A stretch of 64,000 bases of DNA from Mobula birostris (GCF_030028105.1 NC_092380.1:1582088-1646087); one strand, 5' to 3'; numbered from the stretch's first letter, positions 1 to 12,169 are shown. The notes: generated from the letters alone by a model not told the origin. A program made the numbers and translations.

Positions 1-816
1 CCACCCCACACCCCCTCCCTCCCCTCCACACCCCGTCTCCAACACCTCTGCCCCACCCTACACCCCCTCCCTCCCCTCCACCCCCCGTCTCCAACATCTC
101 TGCCCCACCCCACACCCCCTCCCTCCCCTCCACCCCCCGTCTCCAACACCTCTGCCCCACCCCACACCCCCTCCCTCCCCTCCACCCCCCGTCTCCAACA
201 CCTCTGCCCCACCCCACACCCCCTCCCTCCCCTCCACCCCGCCGTCTCCAACATCTCTGCCCCACCCCACACCCCCTCCCCTCCACCCCCGTCTCCAACA
301 CCTCTGCCCCACCCCACACCCCCTCCCTCCCCTCCACCCCCCCGTCTCCACACCCCACACCCCCTCCCTCCCCTCCACCCCCCCGTCTCCAACATCTCTG
401 CCCCACCCCACACCCCCTCCCTCCCCTCCACCCCCCCATCTCCAACATCTCTGCCCCACCCCACACCCCCTCCCTCCCCTCCAACCCCACATCTCCAACA
501 TCTCTGCCCCACCCCACACCCCCTCCCTCCCCATCTCCAACACCTCTGCCCCACCCTACACCCCCTCCCTCCCCTCCACCCCCCCGTCTCCAACACCTCT
601 GCCCACCCTACACCCCCTCCCTCCCCTCCACCCCCGTCTCCAGCACCTCTGCCCCACCCTATACCCCCTCCCTCCCCTCCACCCCTCCCTGTCTCCAACA
701 CCTCTGCCCCACCCTACACCCCCTCCCTCCCCTCCACCCCTCCCTGTCTCCAACACCTCTGCCCCACCCTACACCCCTCCCTCCCCTCCACCCCTCCCTG
801 TCTCCAACACCTCTGC
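1..816. repeat. C-rich minisatellite, ~55-bp unit
   Basis: Tandem copies of ccccacaccccctccctcccctccaccccccgtctccaacacctctgccccac; the G/R/W-rich ORFs here are repeat translations. Confidence 0.95.
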
Positions 817-1289
817 CATACCCTCCGCTACATCCTCACTGCCTCCATGACACCCCCGCCTCCTGCTTCCCTCCCACCTTTGTGACCCCCGCTCCCTCTA
901 CACAAGCCGTACTTGGTGAAGCCATCCCTCTCCTGTGGATTCAGAGAAGGCCATCTCTGCCAACTACACACCCTACCAGGACGATTCGCTCCCCTGCTCC
1001 TCGTGTTGGGAGGGGTTGGGAACTGGATAATATGCTCTGCCACATTATCAGTGCTGACTATCAGGGAACAAGGTGTAGCTGTTCTGACTGATTGTGTTGG
1101 TTCCGGTCTGTTGCCAGTTGTTTGTACAGCGACACTGTGTGCCAACCTCGGTCCAGGAGGCTGGCTCACACGGAATCTGGGCCGACTTAGCCTGCAGATA
1201 AAACTTTTCCCGTGTTGAGAGTCTTCAAATAGTACAAAGATGGTGCCATATTAGCCCAAATCCCTTCTGCCCTCCTCTGCAGTGGTTTA

Positions 1290-1386
1290 AGAATAACACA
1301 CATAAAATTCTCAGCAGATGAGACAGCCTCCATGGAGAGGTTTAAAGAGTCGACGTTTCGGGCCTAGACCCTTCATCAGTTCTGGT
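1290..1386 (-). mobile_element. Penelope-type terminal repeat fragment with hammerhead-ribozyme core
   Basis: Minus strand reads ctgatga-agggtctaggccc-gaaacgtc-gact; related copies near 14612, 22635, 40225 and 56790. Confidence 0.55.
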
Positions 1387-2089
1387 TTCCTCATTACAGT
1401 AAGCTTTAGAGAGGGTGCAGAGGATGCCGTCTGGAGTAGAGAGGGTACTTTAAGAGGAGAGGGTGAGCAAGTTCAGGCTTTTCTCTCGAAGAGGAGTGAA
1501 GGAGGATGGGAAGTGACTTGTATAAGATAAATTGAGTGGATAACCAGTGTCTTTTTCACAGAGCAGAAACAGCTATTAAGGGGGCATAATTTTAAGGTGA
1601 GCGGAGGAAAGCATTGGGGGGATGTCAGAAGCAGTTTTTAAAAAAATTATACAGAGAGTGGTGGATGTGTGCATCACCCTGCAGGGGTGTTGGTAGAGGC
1701 AGATACGTTACAGACATTTTATTACACAGAGAGTGGTGGGTGCGTGCGGATTGCCCTGCCAAGGGTGAATGTAAAATCAGATACAATAGGGACGTTTTAG
1801 TACACAGAGAGTGGGTGGATGTGTGTATCACCCTGCAGGGGTGACAGTAGAAACAGATACATTAGAGCTGAGAGACCCACACTCCTTCATTCAGGAAGAG
1901 CTTCTTCCCTCTGCCATTGCAGTTCTGAATGGCCCCTGAACCCACGAACACTATTCACCTTTTGCACTGCCAATGTTTGTAACTCACAGTGACTTTTAAT
2001 ATTTTGCACCGTATTGCTGCCGCAGAACAACACATTTCATATGCTGGCAGAAATGAACCTGGTTCTGATTCTAATCCGAGCAGGAATTT

Positions 2090-2790
2090 CACAGTGAACG
2101 GTCAGGCCCCAAGGGCTGTTGCAGAACTGAGGGACCCAGGAAGGAACTCAGTGGGAGGTTGTTTCTCGGACTTGAGGATCGTGATTAGTGGTGTCCCCGA
2201 GAGGACAGTGCTGGGCCCATTGCCATTGTCATCTGAATCAACAGTTCAGATGAGCAAGTACTAGAACTGGTTAGTAAATATGCAGACGACACTGAAATCG
2301 GCCGTGTGGTTGATGGCAAGGATAGTTATCAGGGTTGATAGGGGGATCTCAAACAGCTGGGGAAGTGGGCCGAGGAATGGCAAATGCAGTTTAATTCCGA
2401 TAAGTGTGAGGTGTTGCATTTCAGGACAAGTCACAGTGAATATCAGAGTCCTGGGAAGTACTGTAGAACAGAGGGACTGAGGGGTACAGGTACAGTGCAT
2501 GCTTCCCTGAAAGCAGAGCCACGGGTAGACACGGTGGTGAAGGAGGTGCTCGGCATTGACCTTCATCATTCAGGGCACCATGCAGATTCACAAGACATTA
2601 CTGAGGCTCCACTTAGAGTATCGTGTTCAGTTTTGGTTGCCCTGCTATAGAAAAGATGTCATTGAGTTGGAAAGGGTGCTGAGAGGATTGATAAGGATAT
2701 GGCCAGGACTTGAGGAACTCGAGTTATGGAGAGAGGTTGGCCAAGTTAGTACTTTATTCTCTGGAGCATGAAAGACCGAGGGAATAATCT
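2090..2790 (+). mobile_element. Degraded CR1-clade LINE, RT/3' part
   Basis: Peptides QFNSDKCEVLHF and LLRLHLEYRVQFW match CR1 ORF2; frameshifted. Confidence 0.8.
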
Positions 2791-2794
2791 CATA

Positions 2795-3850
2795 GAGTAC
2801 AGCACAGAAACAGGCCCTTCAGCCCATCTAGTCCATGCCAAAACCATTTAAACTGCCTACTCCCATCGACCCACACTGGGACCATAGCCCTACACACCCC
2901 GACCATCCATATACCTATCTAAACTTCTCTTAAACGATGAAATCGAGCTTGTGCCGACAGCTCGTTCCACACTCTCACGACCCTGAGTGAAGAAGCTTCC
3001 CCTCATGTTCCCCTTAAATTTTACACCTTTCACCCTTAACCCATGACCTCTGGTTGCAGTTCCACCAAATGCAAGTGGAAGAAGCCTACTTGCATTTCCC
3101 CTATCTACCCCTCCACTTTGTATACCTCCTATCGAATCCCCTCTCAACTTTTGATGTTCTAAGGAATATAGTCCTAATCTTTTCTAATAACTCAGGTTCT
3201 CCAGACCCGACGACATCCTTGTAAATTTTCTCTTCACTCTTTCAACCTTCTTTACATCTCTCCTCCAGGTAGGTGACCAAAACTTCACACAATACTCCAA
3301 ATTAGGCCTCACCAATGCCTTATTCAAATTCTACATAACATCCCACCTCTTGTACTCAATACATTCATTTATGAAGGCCAATGTGCCAAAACCTTTCCTT
3401 ACGAACCACTTTCAACCAATTATGGACATTTGTTCTACCACACTCCTCGGTGCCCTATCCTTCACTGTGTAAGACCTACCCTGGTTGGTCCCACTGAAGT
3501 GCAAAACCTTGCACTTGTCTGCATTAAATTCTATGTGAAGATTTTCAGCCCATTTTTCTAGCTAATGCAAATCGCTCTGTAAGCCATGATAATCTTACTC
3601 GCTGTCCATTACACCTCCAATCCTAGTGTCAACCCGAAATTTGCTGATCCAGTTAACCACATTATCACTCAAATAGTTGATATAGATGTCAAACAACAAA
3701 GGACCCAGCAACGATCGCAGCAGCACTCCACTGGTTACAGACCTGCAGTCAGAGAAGCAACCTGCTACCACCTCTCTGTGTGGCTTCTCCCACAAAGCCA
3801 ATGTCTAGCCTAATTTACTTGCTCATCTTGAATGCCGAGCAACTGAACCT
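2795..3850 (-). mobile_element. Degraded CR1 LINE
   Basis: SVTSGV..SLLGPLLFDIYIN and TRGHGLRVKG..FFTQ peptides; CR1-type 3' end. Confidence 0.8.
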
Positions 3851-3859
3851 ACACAGTTA

Positions 3860-4175
3860 GGGTGAATATGCACAGTCTTTTCCCCAGGGTTGGGGAATCA
3901 AGAAATATAGGGCACTCATTTAAGGTGAAAATGGAGCGAGATTTAATAGGGACCCTCTGGGGTAACAATTTCATCCAGATGGTGGTCTATATATGGAACA
4001 AGCTGCCAGAGGAAGTAGATGAGGCTGGTACATTACCAATGTTTAAAAGACACTCAGACAGGCACATGGATAGGGAAGGCTTGGAGGGATATGGGCCAAA
4101 CGTGGGCAGATGGGAATTGATGTTGGCAGGGACCAGTTAAGCCAAATGGCTTTCTTCTGTGTTGTATGACTCTAT
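3860..4175 (+). mobile_element. CR1 LINE 3' fragment
   Basis: GHSFKVK..VVYIWNKLPEEV..FKRHSDRHM, the CR1 ORF2 C-terminus. Confidence 0.75.
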
Positions 4176-4179
4176 GATA

Positions 4180-4640
4180 TACAATCAGTGGCCACTTTAT
4201 TAAGGTATGCCTGTCCATTAATGCAAATTTAATCAGCCAATTGTGTGGCAGCAACTCCATGCAGACGTGGTCAAGGGATTCAGTTGTTGCTCAGAATGAG
4301 GGAAGAAATGTGATTTAAATGGCTTTCACACTGTGGAATGACTGTCGGTGCCAGATGGGGTGGTTTGAGCATCTCAGAAACTGCCGATCTCCTGGGATTT
4401 TCACGCACAAGTCTCTAGAGTTTACAGAGAATGGTGTGAAAAACAAAAAAAAAAAAAATCCAGTGAGCCGCAGTTCTGTGGGTGAAAACACTTTGTTAAT
4501 GAGAGAGGTCAGAGGAGAATGGCCAGACTGGTTCAAGCTGTCAGGAAGGTGACAGTAACTCAAAATAACCATGTGTTACAACAGTGGTGTGCAGAAGAAC
4601 ATCTCTGAAGGCACATATTAAAGTGGAGGAGCTACAGTAG
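4180..4640 (+). mobile_element. Tc1/mariner-like non-autonomous remnant
   Basis: Begins cagtggccactttatta after TA; degenerate transposase-like N-terminal peptide; no right TIR found. Confidence 0.45.
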
Positions 4641-4919
4641 TGAGCAGTCATCCTGGTGAACCTCCTCTGCGCCCTCTCCAACGCCCCCCCTACCCTTCCT
4701 GTAATGGGGTGACCAGAAATGACCGGAATATTCCAGATGCGGCCTGACCAGAGTTTTATATAGAATTCGAGGGATGTAGTGGAAGTGTGCTTTTGGGATT
4801 GGAGACTGGTGAACAGTATCAAGCTGCAGGGATCACTTCTGCGTCCACTGTTGTTTGTATGGGGAAAATACCCCGAGTTTTAAGGTGAAAACATCCCATA
4901 ATGGGAGGGTTTAAATCCT

Positions 4920-6130
4920 CACTAGCGGAGAGAGTGGGAGCAAGTTGTTTTAAACAAGATACGATGTAGCTGTATTTCCGAAAGCCCGGCGTTGCAGTAC
5001 CCGCAGGATCGGGAGCCGCAGGTCTTCTTTCGGAATTCAGTTTAGGTACCGGTCCGAGTTTTACGTTTCTCAGGATCCGGTCCGGCGCCGGCTGAATTCC
5101 TCTCCGGCAGCTCCCACCCTCACTCACCGGTGTCGGGCTCGCTGTAGAGAGAGTGGCACTCGCGTAGGACTCGCTCGTTGACCGACACGGTACCACGCTC
5201 GGCGTTGGCGGCGGTGCGCGGCTTGGGCCGTCCGGACATCTTTCCCTCTTTGCCTCAGGCCGCTCCGGCGGAGACGAGTAACGGCGCTGGGCATGCCGGA
5301 ACTTGTAGTTCGTGTTATGCCAGTGCGCGGGGCTACCCACGCTTCCGGCGTCAATGGACTATAATCCCCAGCATACCTCTCGTCCTATTCGCCAACGACG
5401 GTCCGATAGTTGCGCAACCGTAGTGGCTCTAGCTTGGCAACATGGGATGTGTAGTCTGGCGTTACCTCTGCTGTTGTTTTGTGTAATGACTACATGACCC
5501 GCAATCCGCTGCCAACTGAGCGCTACCTTAGAAATGCGTTCCTCTCCATCTTTACCGCGCCCATTGAGTCGAGCATAGATAGTTTGAATTGGATTTATAG
5601 AGCCGCAGCTCTGTTGCTATTGTGGCAAAGTAGTCCGAAATGCCATGTCCGCCCTTGTTGACCTGCCAACAGAGACTACAAACTTTCTGAATAACTGTGC
5701 AGGCGATGCCACCAGACGGGTGGCACTGAGGGAAGTATTGTCCTTGCTTCCCTCTCCGCAGCTGTTGCAGACTCATAGCCCTCTGTTTCTCAAACAGATG
5801 GAGCGCTCCCCTTTGTTGGACGGTGCTTTTTGCTACTCTTGAACCGGACTGGCGATGCAGCCAGACCCATTGTGAGCAGTGTAGTCCGATCGCCCATCTC
5901 TGCTGTTGTTGCTAAGCCAATATTGACTACAATACCCATAATCCCTTGCCTTCCAAACAGCTGGTGCCTCTTCCTTTGTATCGGATGAGAGGCGCGGCTT
6001 GGTGAGCGACGTGGTAGAGGCTAAAAAACTCCATCGATTATCCTGGCCATTGGGACTACAAGTCCCACAATCCTCTACTCCCGAATGTACGGGGTGATTA
6101 CGTTTGTGTTGGTTGGGCGAAGTGAGGCAG
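4920..6130. promoter_or_regulatory. CpG-island promoter with a cluster of ZNF143/THAP11 (ACTAYRnnnCCCR) motifs
   Basis: ACTACAATACCCATAATCCC (5926), ACTACAAGTCCCACAATCCT (6055), ACTATAATCCCCAGCAT (5358), ACTACATGACCCGCAATCC (5489), plus minus-strand copies near 5309, 5455, 5635, 5885; ETS-like CTTCCGG at 5342. Confidence 0.75.
5128..5239 (-). CDS. First coding exon of a minus-strand gene (MSGRPKPRTAANAERGTVSVNERVLRECHSLYSEPDT-G); resembles the N-terminus of an uncharacterised dynamin/EHD-type GTPase
   Basis: aagATG at 5239 in a CpG island, 37 codons +1 nt, then consensus donor CCG|GTGAGT at 5128/5127. Family call rests on my recall of the ER.LRECH.LY motif; downstream exons not found in the window. 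Confidence 0.65.
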
Positions 6131-6504
6131 GTGTGGAATGGGTTGTGGGGGGCGGGGAGGAAGCAATGATTACCGAACAGTGGCTGGCATGGGCTGGTGG
6201 TCCAGCCCAGTGCCCACTGGGAGATTGCTGGGAGATTCTTGGGATCTTCTAGTGCTGCAGCCTGTTGCTTGCCCGTGCAGGGGTGCCATACCTCGGCCGT
6301 GGGGTGTCTGAGTCAGAGAGAGGGACGATGGATCAGTGAGAGATCCTTTCATTTAGAGGGAGTGTGTGTGTCTTTATTTGGAGGGGCATGTGCATGCCTT
6401 TATTTGGGGGGGGGTTGGTCATTGTGGGTGTCTTTACATGTCTTTAATGAGTTCCCATGTGCGTGAATATTTATAGGCAGGTCCCGTGTGGGTGATATGA
6501 GCGC

Positions 6505-6641
6505 CTGTATTTAGAGGGGAACCCCGTATTTGTGTCTGTATTTAGAGGGGTCACCGGATTCGTGTCTGTATTTAGCGGGGCTCCCGGATTCGAGTCTGTA
6601 TTTAGAAAGGAACTCCGTATTTGTGTGTATTTAGAGGGCGG
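6505..6641. repeat. ~30-bp tandem repeat (tgtatttagaggg...) running into the gap
   Basis: Five copies of tgtatttag at 31/30-bp spacing. Confidence 0.75.
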
Positions 6642-6834
6642 NNNNNNNNNNNNNNNNNNNNNNNNNNNNNNNNNNNNNNNNNNNNNNNNNNNNNNNNNNN
6701 NNNNNNNNNNNNNNNNNNNNNNNNNNNNNNNNNNNNNNNNNNNNNNNNNNNNNNNNNNNNNNNNNNNNNNNNNNNNNNNNNNNNNNNNNNNNNNNNNNNN
6801 NNNNNNNNNNNNNNNNNNNNNNNNNNNNNNNNNN
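6642..6834. other. Assembly gap
   Basis: Run of N. Confidence 0.99.
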
Positions 6835-6915
6835 CACATCACTCACACATCCTGTCCTGGTTCGGTGCCCTATTTCACGCGTATGAACCCTCAGCCAAAC
6901 CAACACCCACTCCTT

Positions 6916-6921
6916 TATAAA
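6916..6921 (+). promoter_or_regulatory. Candidate TATA box of tyrosinase-like gene
   Basis: TATAAA 245 bp upstream of ATG 7161. Confidence 0.4.
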
Positions 6922-7160
6922 CCCCTCCATCTCCTCCCTACCCTCCCGGCTGGTGACTGCCTCGCTCTCCTTCTCTCGTTCTCTCTCTCCGTCCCTCTTC
7001 CCCCTCGCTGCTTGTCCCGCCTCCACCCTCGTAGCTCCTCTCCCTCCCTCTGTCCCTCTACCCCTCTACCCCTCTACCTCTCTTTCAATCGCTCCATCCC
7101 CTCCTCTCTCCTTCCTCCTCTCTCTTTCTAGCCCCTCATCCCTCCCTCCCCGCTTCACCA

Positions 7161-8087
7161 ATGCAGGAGTCGAACCCCCTCGCCCTCATCCTCCTCCCAC
7201 TCTTCCTGCTTCTCTCCCGGCCCCCCACCCCTCTCGCCCAGTTCCCCCGTCCCTGCGCCTCGCTCTCCGCCCTGAACTCGCGTGTCTGCTGTCCCCACTG
7301 GCCAGGGGATGGGTCTCCCTGCGGGGAGCGCAGCGGCCGGGGGTCCTGCATGCCCCTCCGCCCCCCTCCTCCTTCTACACCCCACTCCGCGCTCCCCTCG
7401 CCCTGGGATTTCCGGCTGGCCTGGCCCAGCGCTTTCTTTGCCCACGTCTGTGCATGCCGCCCGCACTTCTCGGGATTCGATTGCGGAAGGTGCGCGGGAG
7501 GCTGGCGGGGTCCCTTCTGCGAGCGCTGGGCGGTCCGGGTGAGGAAGGGGGTCCATCAGCTCAGCCGGCAGCAGTGGCGGGCCCTCCTCTGGATGCTGAA
7601 AAAGGCGAAGGGCACCGTCAGCGGCCGATACGTCATGCTGGCCACCCCATCTCCCGACCCCTCCCCTCCACTTGCTTCCTCGTCCCATTTCTCATTCACC
7701 CTGTTCCCCTTCTCCCCTTCCTCCCCGTCTGACCCTTCGCTGCCAGGGGGTCTGGCCTTCCGAGACGCCACAGTCTACGACCTTATCACCTGGATGCATT
7801 ACCTGGCCACCAAGCCCCTGGGTGGGAAAGCCGGTGGGGGTGTGAGGGAGGGGGCGATCTCTGGCGCTAACTTTGCCCACGGGGGTCCGGCCTTCACGCC
7901 CTGGCACCGGCGCTACCTGGCGTTCCTCGAGGAGGAGCTGAGGCTACTGTCGGGGAACGAAGAGTTCAGCTTGCCTTACTGGAACTGGACGCGGACCTCG
8001 GGTTGTGATGTCTGTCGGGGCAGCCAAATGGGGCGCAGTGACGACAGCGGCAAGATACGGGCGCCCGCCCTCCTCGCCGGCTGGAAG
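7161..8087 (+). CDS. Tyrosinase-like protein exon 1 (signal peptide, Cys-rich/EGF-like region, CuA site)
   Basis: Hydrophobic leader then QFPRPC; CACRPHFSGFDCGRC; CuA His in WMHY, NFAHGGPAFTPWHRRYL; LPYWNW; donor AAG|GTGAGA, phase 0 as in TYR. Confidence 0.93.
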
Positions 8088-8629
8088 GTGAGAGGACGGA
8101 GAGGGTCGCGGAGGCCGGAAAGGGTGACGGAGTGCTGTGACAGAGAGGGGGAGGAATGTAGGGGAGGGAGAGGGTCATGGAGACGGGGAGGGATTGGCGC
8201 AGACGAGGAAGAAGGGCGGGGGTTGCCGATCGGGAAGGGGGTGTAGTGAAAAGGAAGAACTGATGGAGACGGAGAGGGGTAAAGGGCAAGGAGGGGTTTA
8301 TCGCGGTCACATCTCACTAGCTGCCTGCGGACGAGTGCAGCTGCGAACGAGCAGAGTCACGGGATGTTAGCCCTCGGACCTACGGTCAGCAGTTGGTCAG
8401 GGACACGGTGACCTGCCAAATCCCTCAGTCCCCAACCTTGTGCAGATCCTATTTACACAACATACACAAAACAGCCGCAACCCTATCAATCAATATACGC
8501 TACCCACACCCCTCTGTCACGCCCTCCCTCCCTTACGCCCCTTCCCGTCTCCAAGAGCCCTTCCTCCCCTACACCCCTCTGAGTGTCAATGAGTCTCCCA
8601 TGTGCCATCCCGTCTGTGTGATCCCGTGG

Positions 8630-8860
8630 GCTCGTTCCCCACTCCCATTAAACTCAACTGGACCCCTTCCCCCGCTTTCCTTAAACCCACTGCGATCGCA
8701 TTTCCCGCTCCAGTTAAATCCACCGAGATTCCGTTTGCCGCTCCCTTTAAACCTATCAGGACTCCGTACCCCGCTCCCCATTAAACCGATTGGGATCCTG
8801 CTTCCCGTTCCCTTTAAACCCACCGGGGCCCATTTACCCCTCCCTTTAAACGCCGAAGCC
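8630..8860. repeat. Degenerate ~34-bp tandem repeat in intron 1
   Basis: Recurring cc(t)ttaaacc..c.ggg units. Confidence 0.55.
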
Positions 8861-9182
8861 ATTCTAAATAAAGCGGGTTACAAGTGAATTGAGATAATGA
8901 ACATCGGGAAGACAAACCAGGGCAGGTCCTTCAGAGCGAAGGGCAGGTCCCTGGAAAGCAGCGTTGCCTCCGTTTTTTAAACGGCTGTGAGGATCAGCCA
9001 TTGTTCTGCGAAGGAAACATTTACACGGCCTGGCAAATGCGGAGGCACTTTATTACTTCTTTGTAATACGCACACTCTGATTATTTAGAACGAACATTTA
9101 AATATCAGTAGTTTTAATTTCATGTATTAATTGAAAGGTGTAATGAAATACATTACAAAAGAGCTTTCACGTTTCATAAACT

Positions 9183-9525
9183 TTATACTGGTCTGTCTTT
9201 ATTGCAAATCCGTTGTCGATAAACAATATTCAGAGTAACTTTGGGTCGGGATGAAAGATATGTCTTAATCCTCATTAGATCGTCCAAATGGTCCACTTCT
9301 GGTCTGTGTCTGGATTTGCCATTTGATTGAATTTGTAAGACTGAATTCACGTTCGCAGCCAGCACCAGAGGCTTGAAATGTTCCAACGGTGTCAACAAGA
9401 ATTGACAGTTCTTCACATTCTGCGTTTCTAAGCACGAAGTTCAACATATGAGTGAATGCCTTAATTAAACCTATCTTAACTCTCTCAGAAAGGATAACGT
9501 TGAAATCACAATATTGCCGTGGCAT
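9183..9525 (-). mobile_element. hAT transposase C-terminal dimerisation-domain remnant
   Basis: ASGAGCEREFSLTNSIK then, after a frameshift, SRHR..DHLDDLMRIK fits the hATC S.A..ER.FS....K...R..L..LM pattern. Confidence 0.6.
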
Positions 9526-9890
9526 TTTTAGGCAGCGCTATCATCGTAGTACGTTACGTACTACTAGCTGAGTATTTTGTTGCCAGTCGTACACCATTCT
9601 CTTTCCCAATTTCAAAATTAGTTGCGTTTGCAAATCTATTATCCGAGTGATTGCACACGCTTTGAATGAATTGGTGCAAAGGGTTCAGGGATATGGTTTA
9701 CATGAAAGTAGCGCCACGGTAAGATAGGGTGGTGAAGGTGCTCTTTGTCACACTGACCTTCATTAGTCAGGCCACTGAGTACAGGAATTGGGACGTTATG
9801 TTGCAGTTGATAACATGTTGTACAGGTCGCACTCAGCTGTTGTTCAGTTTTGGTCGCCCTGCGACAGAATAGCTGCCATTAATCTGGAAG

Positions 9891-11137
9891 TGTCATGGTC
9901 CGGTCCATGAAATCCGCATTCCGGTTCACGGTCCGGTCCTTCGATCTGTATTCCAGGATTTCCGGTTTTCCATTGTTCTGCTGGGTGCTCTAATTAAGGC
10001 ACATGATTCTCGTTTGGGCAGACACATAAATACCTCCGGAGACCAGGGCTTGGCTGCTGGATTGTTCACGTCCATATCCCCTGTCTGAATCCCTTCTCGG
10101 ACCCTTCCTCCTGAAGCCTTGCCCTGCAACTAGTGTCTGAAACCTAGCCTCGCCTGAAGCCTCGCCTCGCCTGTAACCCTCGCCTGTACCGTTGTAAAGT
10201 TCAACCGCTGGAGCAAGATAAGGAACTGTCTATCGTTGTTTTGAACTGTCTCTGTGTCCACGCCTTCACTAGGTAGGTCCGGCCGTTTGCCGCTACCTTG
10301 AGTTGGGAACTGTCTCTGTGTCCACGCCGTTTCTAGGTAGGTCCAATCGTTTGCTGCTACCTTGAGTTGGGAACTATCTCTGTGTCCACGCCGTTGCTAG
10401 GTAGGTCCGGGTGTTTACCGCTACCTTGTGTTGTACCGTCTCCTTGTGCCTTCGCCTTCGCTGGGTAGTTCCGGCCATTTGCCGCTACCTTGAGTGGAGA
10501 TCTGTCTCTCAATGTTCAGTGTATGAGTCCCGGCCCTACGTCCTGTTTCCAAGGAGGGGTCCCGGCTCTGTGTTCCATGTTCCTGTCTCTCAAGGTTACG
10601 AAAGCTCTGCATTCCTGTCTCCCTCGACCAAGTCAAGACTTCGTGTTCTCGTCCTGTCCATGTGCCTCGCCCAGCCCGGTGCAGTAGTTCCCTCGAACTG
10701 TCCAGGAGTCTCTCGTCCTGTCCAAGTCAAGGCTTTGTGTTCTCGTCCTGACCATGTGCCTCGACCTGTGCTGGAGTTCCACATCCTGTTCTGTAGCCAT
10801 GTCCTGTCCTTGCCAAGATCCTAGTCACGAGTCCTAGCCTAGACCCAGGTTCTGAGTCCCAACCAAGACCCGGCTTCTGGGTCCTTGTCCCGGCTCTGGT
10901 TCTGGAGTTCTGTGTCACCAGTCCAGGCTCTTTGTTCCTAGATCCTTGTCCAGGTTCCGTGTTTCTTGTCCATGTCCTAGTCCAGGCTCTGAATCCTTGT
11001 CTCGTCCAGGGCCTGTGTCAATGTCCAGCGTCATTTCTTCCCCTCTTCCCTTGCTGCCTTGTCACGCCTAGTCCTGTTCCTAGTACTTCAGTGTCTGAGT
11101 CTTGCATTTGGGTCCATACCAACGCCCCCCATTGACA
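9891..11137 (+). mobile_element. Solo LTR inserted in a CR1 fragment
   Basis: TGTCA...TGACA termini, imperfect 5-bp flanks ggaag/ggaaa, internal ~63-bp repeats; homologous to 49106-50167; CR1 sequence on both sides. Confidence 0.8.
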
Positions 11138-11892
11138 GGAAAATGGTAGAGGAGATTTATGAGGATGTTGCCAGGACTCGATGGACTGAGTTACAGAGAG
11201 TTTGGCAAAGTTCAGACTTTATGACCTTAAAGATGTGTATAAAATCATGAGGGGCACAGACAGGATGAATGCGCACAGTCTTTTTCTATCAATAACCAGA
11301 GGACACGGGTTTAAGGTGAGAGGAGAATGTTTAATAAGGACCTGAGGGACACATTTGTACCCAGAGGGTGCTCTGTATATGGAACGTGCTATCAAAGTTC
11401 GAAGTTAATTTTATTATCAAAGTACATATATGTCACCATATACCATCCCGAGATTCATTTTCTTGTGGGCATACTCAATAAATCTATAGAATAACAACCA
11501 TAATAGAATCAATGAAAGACCGGCCATCTAGGGCATTCAAAGTGCAGAAGACTATAAACTGTGCAATTACAAAAAGAGTAATATTAATTATAATAAAGAG
11601 ATAAGCAATAAATATTGAGAACATGGGATAAGAGTCCTTGAAAGTGAGTCGATTGGTTGTGAAAACATTTCAATAAAGGAGCAAGCAAGTTGAGTGAAGT
11701 ATTCAATTTTGTTCAAGAGCCTGATGGTTGAGGGGTAGTAACTGTTCCCGGTGTGAGTCCTGAGGCTTCTGTACCTTCTTCCTGTAGATGCGCTCAGTGG
11801 TTGGGAGGCCAGATGAAGTGGTTGAGACAGGTACATTCACATTTAACTCGGACAGGTACGTGGATAGGAAAGTATGGACCAAATGCCGAGGA

Positions 11893-12038
11893 TGTTTCCT
11901 GGCATAATTTACATGTTACTATTTAATTATTTATGGTTTTATATTGCTATATTTATACTCTATTCTTGGTTGGTGCAACTGTAACGAAACCCAATTTCCC
12001 TCGAGATCAATAAAGTATGACTATGACTGTGACTATGA
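11893..12038 (+). mobile_element. Rex1/Babar LINE 3' end with (atgact)n tail
   Basis: Same 3' sequence as 62085-62485 and 58950-59370; aataaag followed by tatgac repeats. Confidence 0.7.
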
Positions 12039-12169
12039 TGTGAGCAAATAGGGGACAACAGGAGTACGCCTTATTTCTCAATTCCCCCGGCATATCCGAT
12101 TAACAGTAACTTTGTTCTCCACTCAACCCCTCTTCCATATCCTTGCTCACTGTATCCCCTTGCTCACAC

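Noticed and set aside
828-1250. Minus-strand open frame as exon 2 of the 5239 gene
   Set aside because: No recognisable homology, and the nearby acceptors give stops in the required phase
4819-5354. 173-aa and 76-aa ORFs in the CpG island
   Set aside because: GC-rich alternative frames without ATG starts; a better exon model exists in the third frame
8088-8246. C-terminal part of the 361-aa ORF
   Set aside because: Intron read-through past the AAG|GTGAGA donor; homology resumes at 12579
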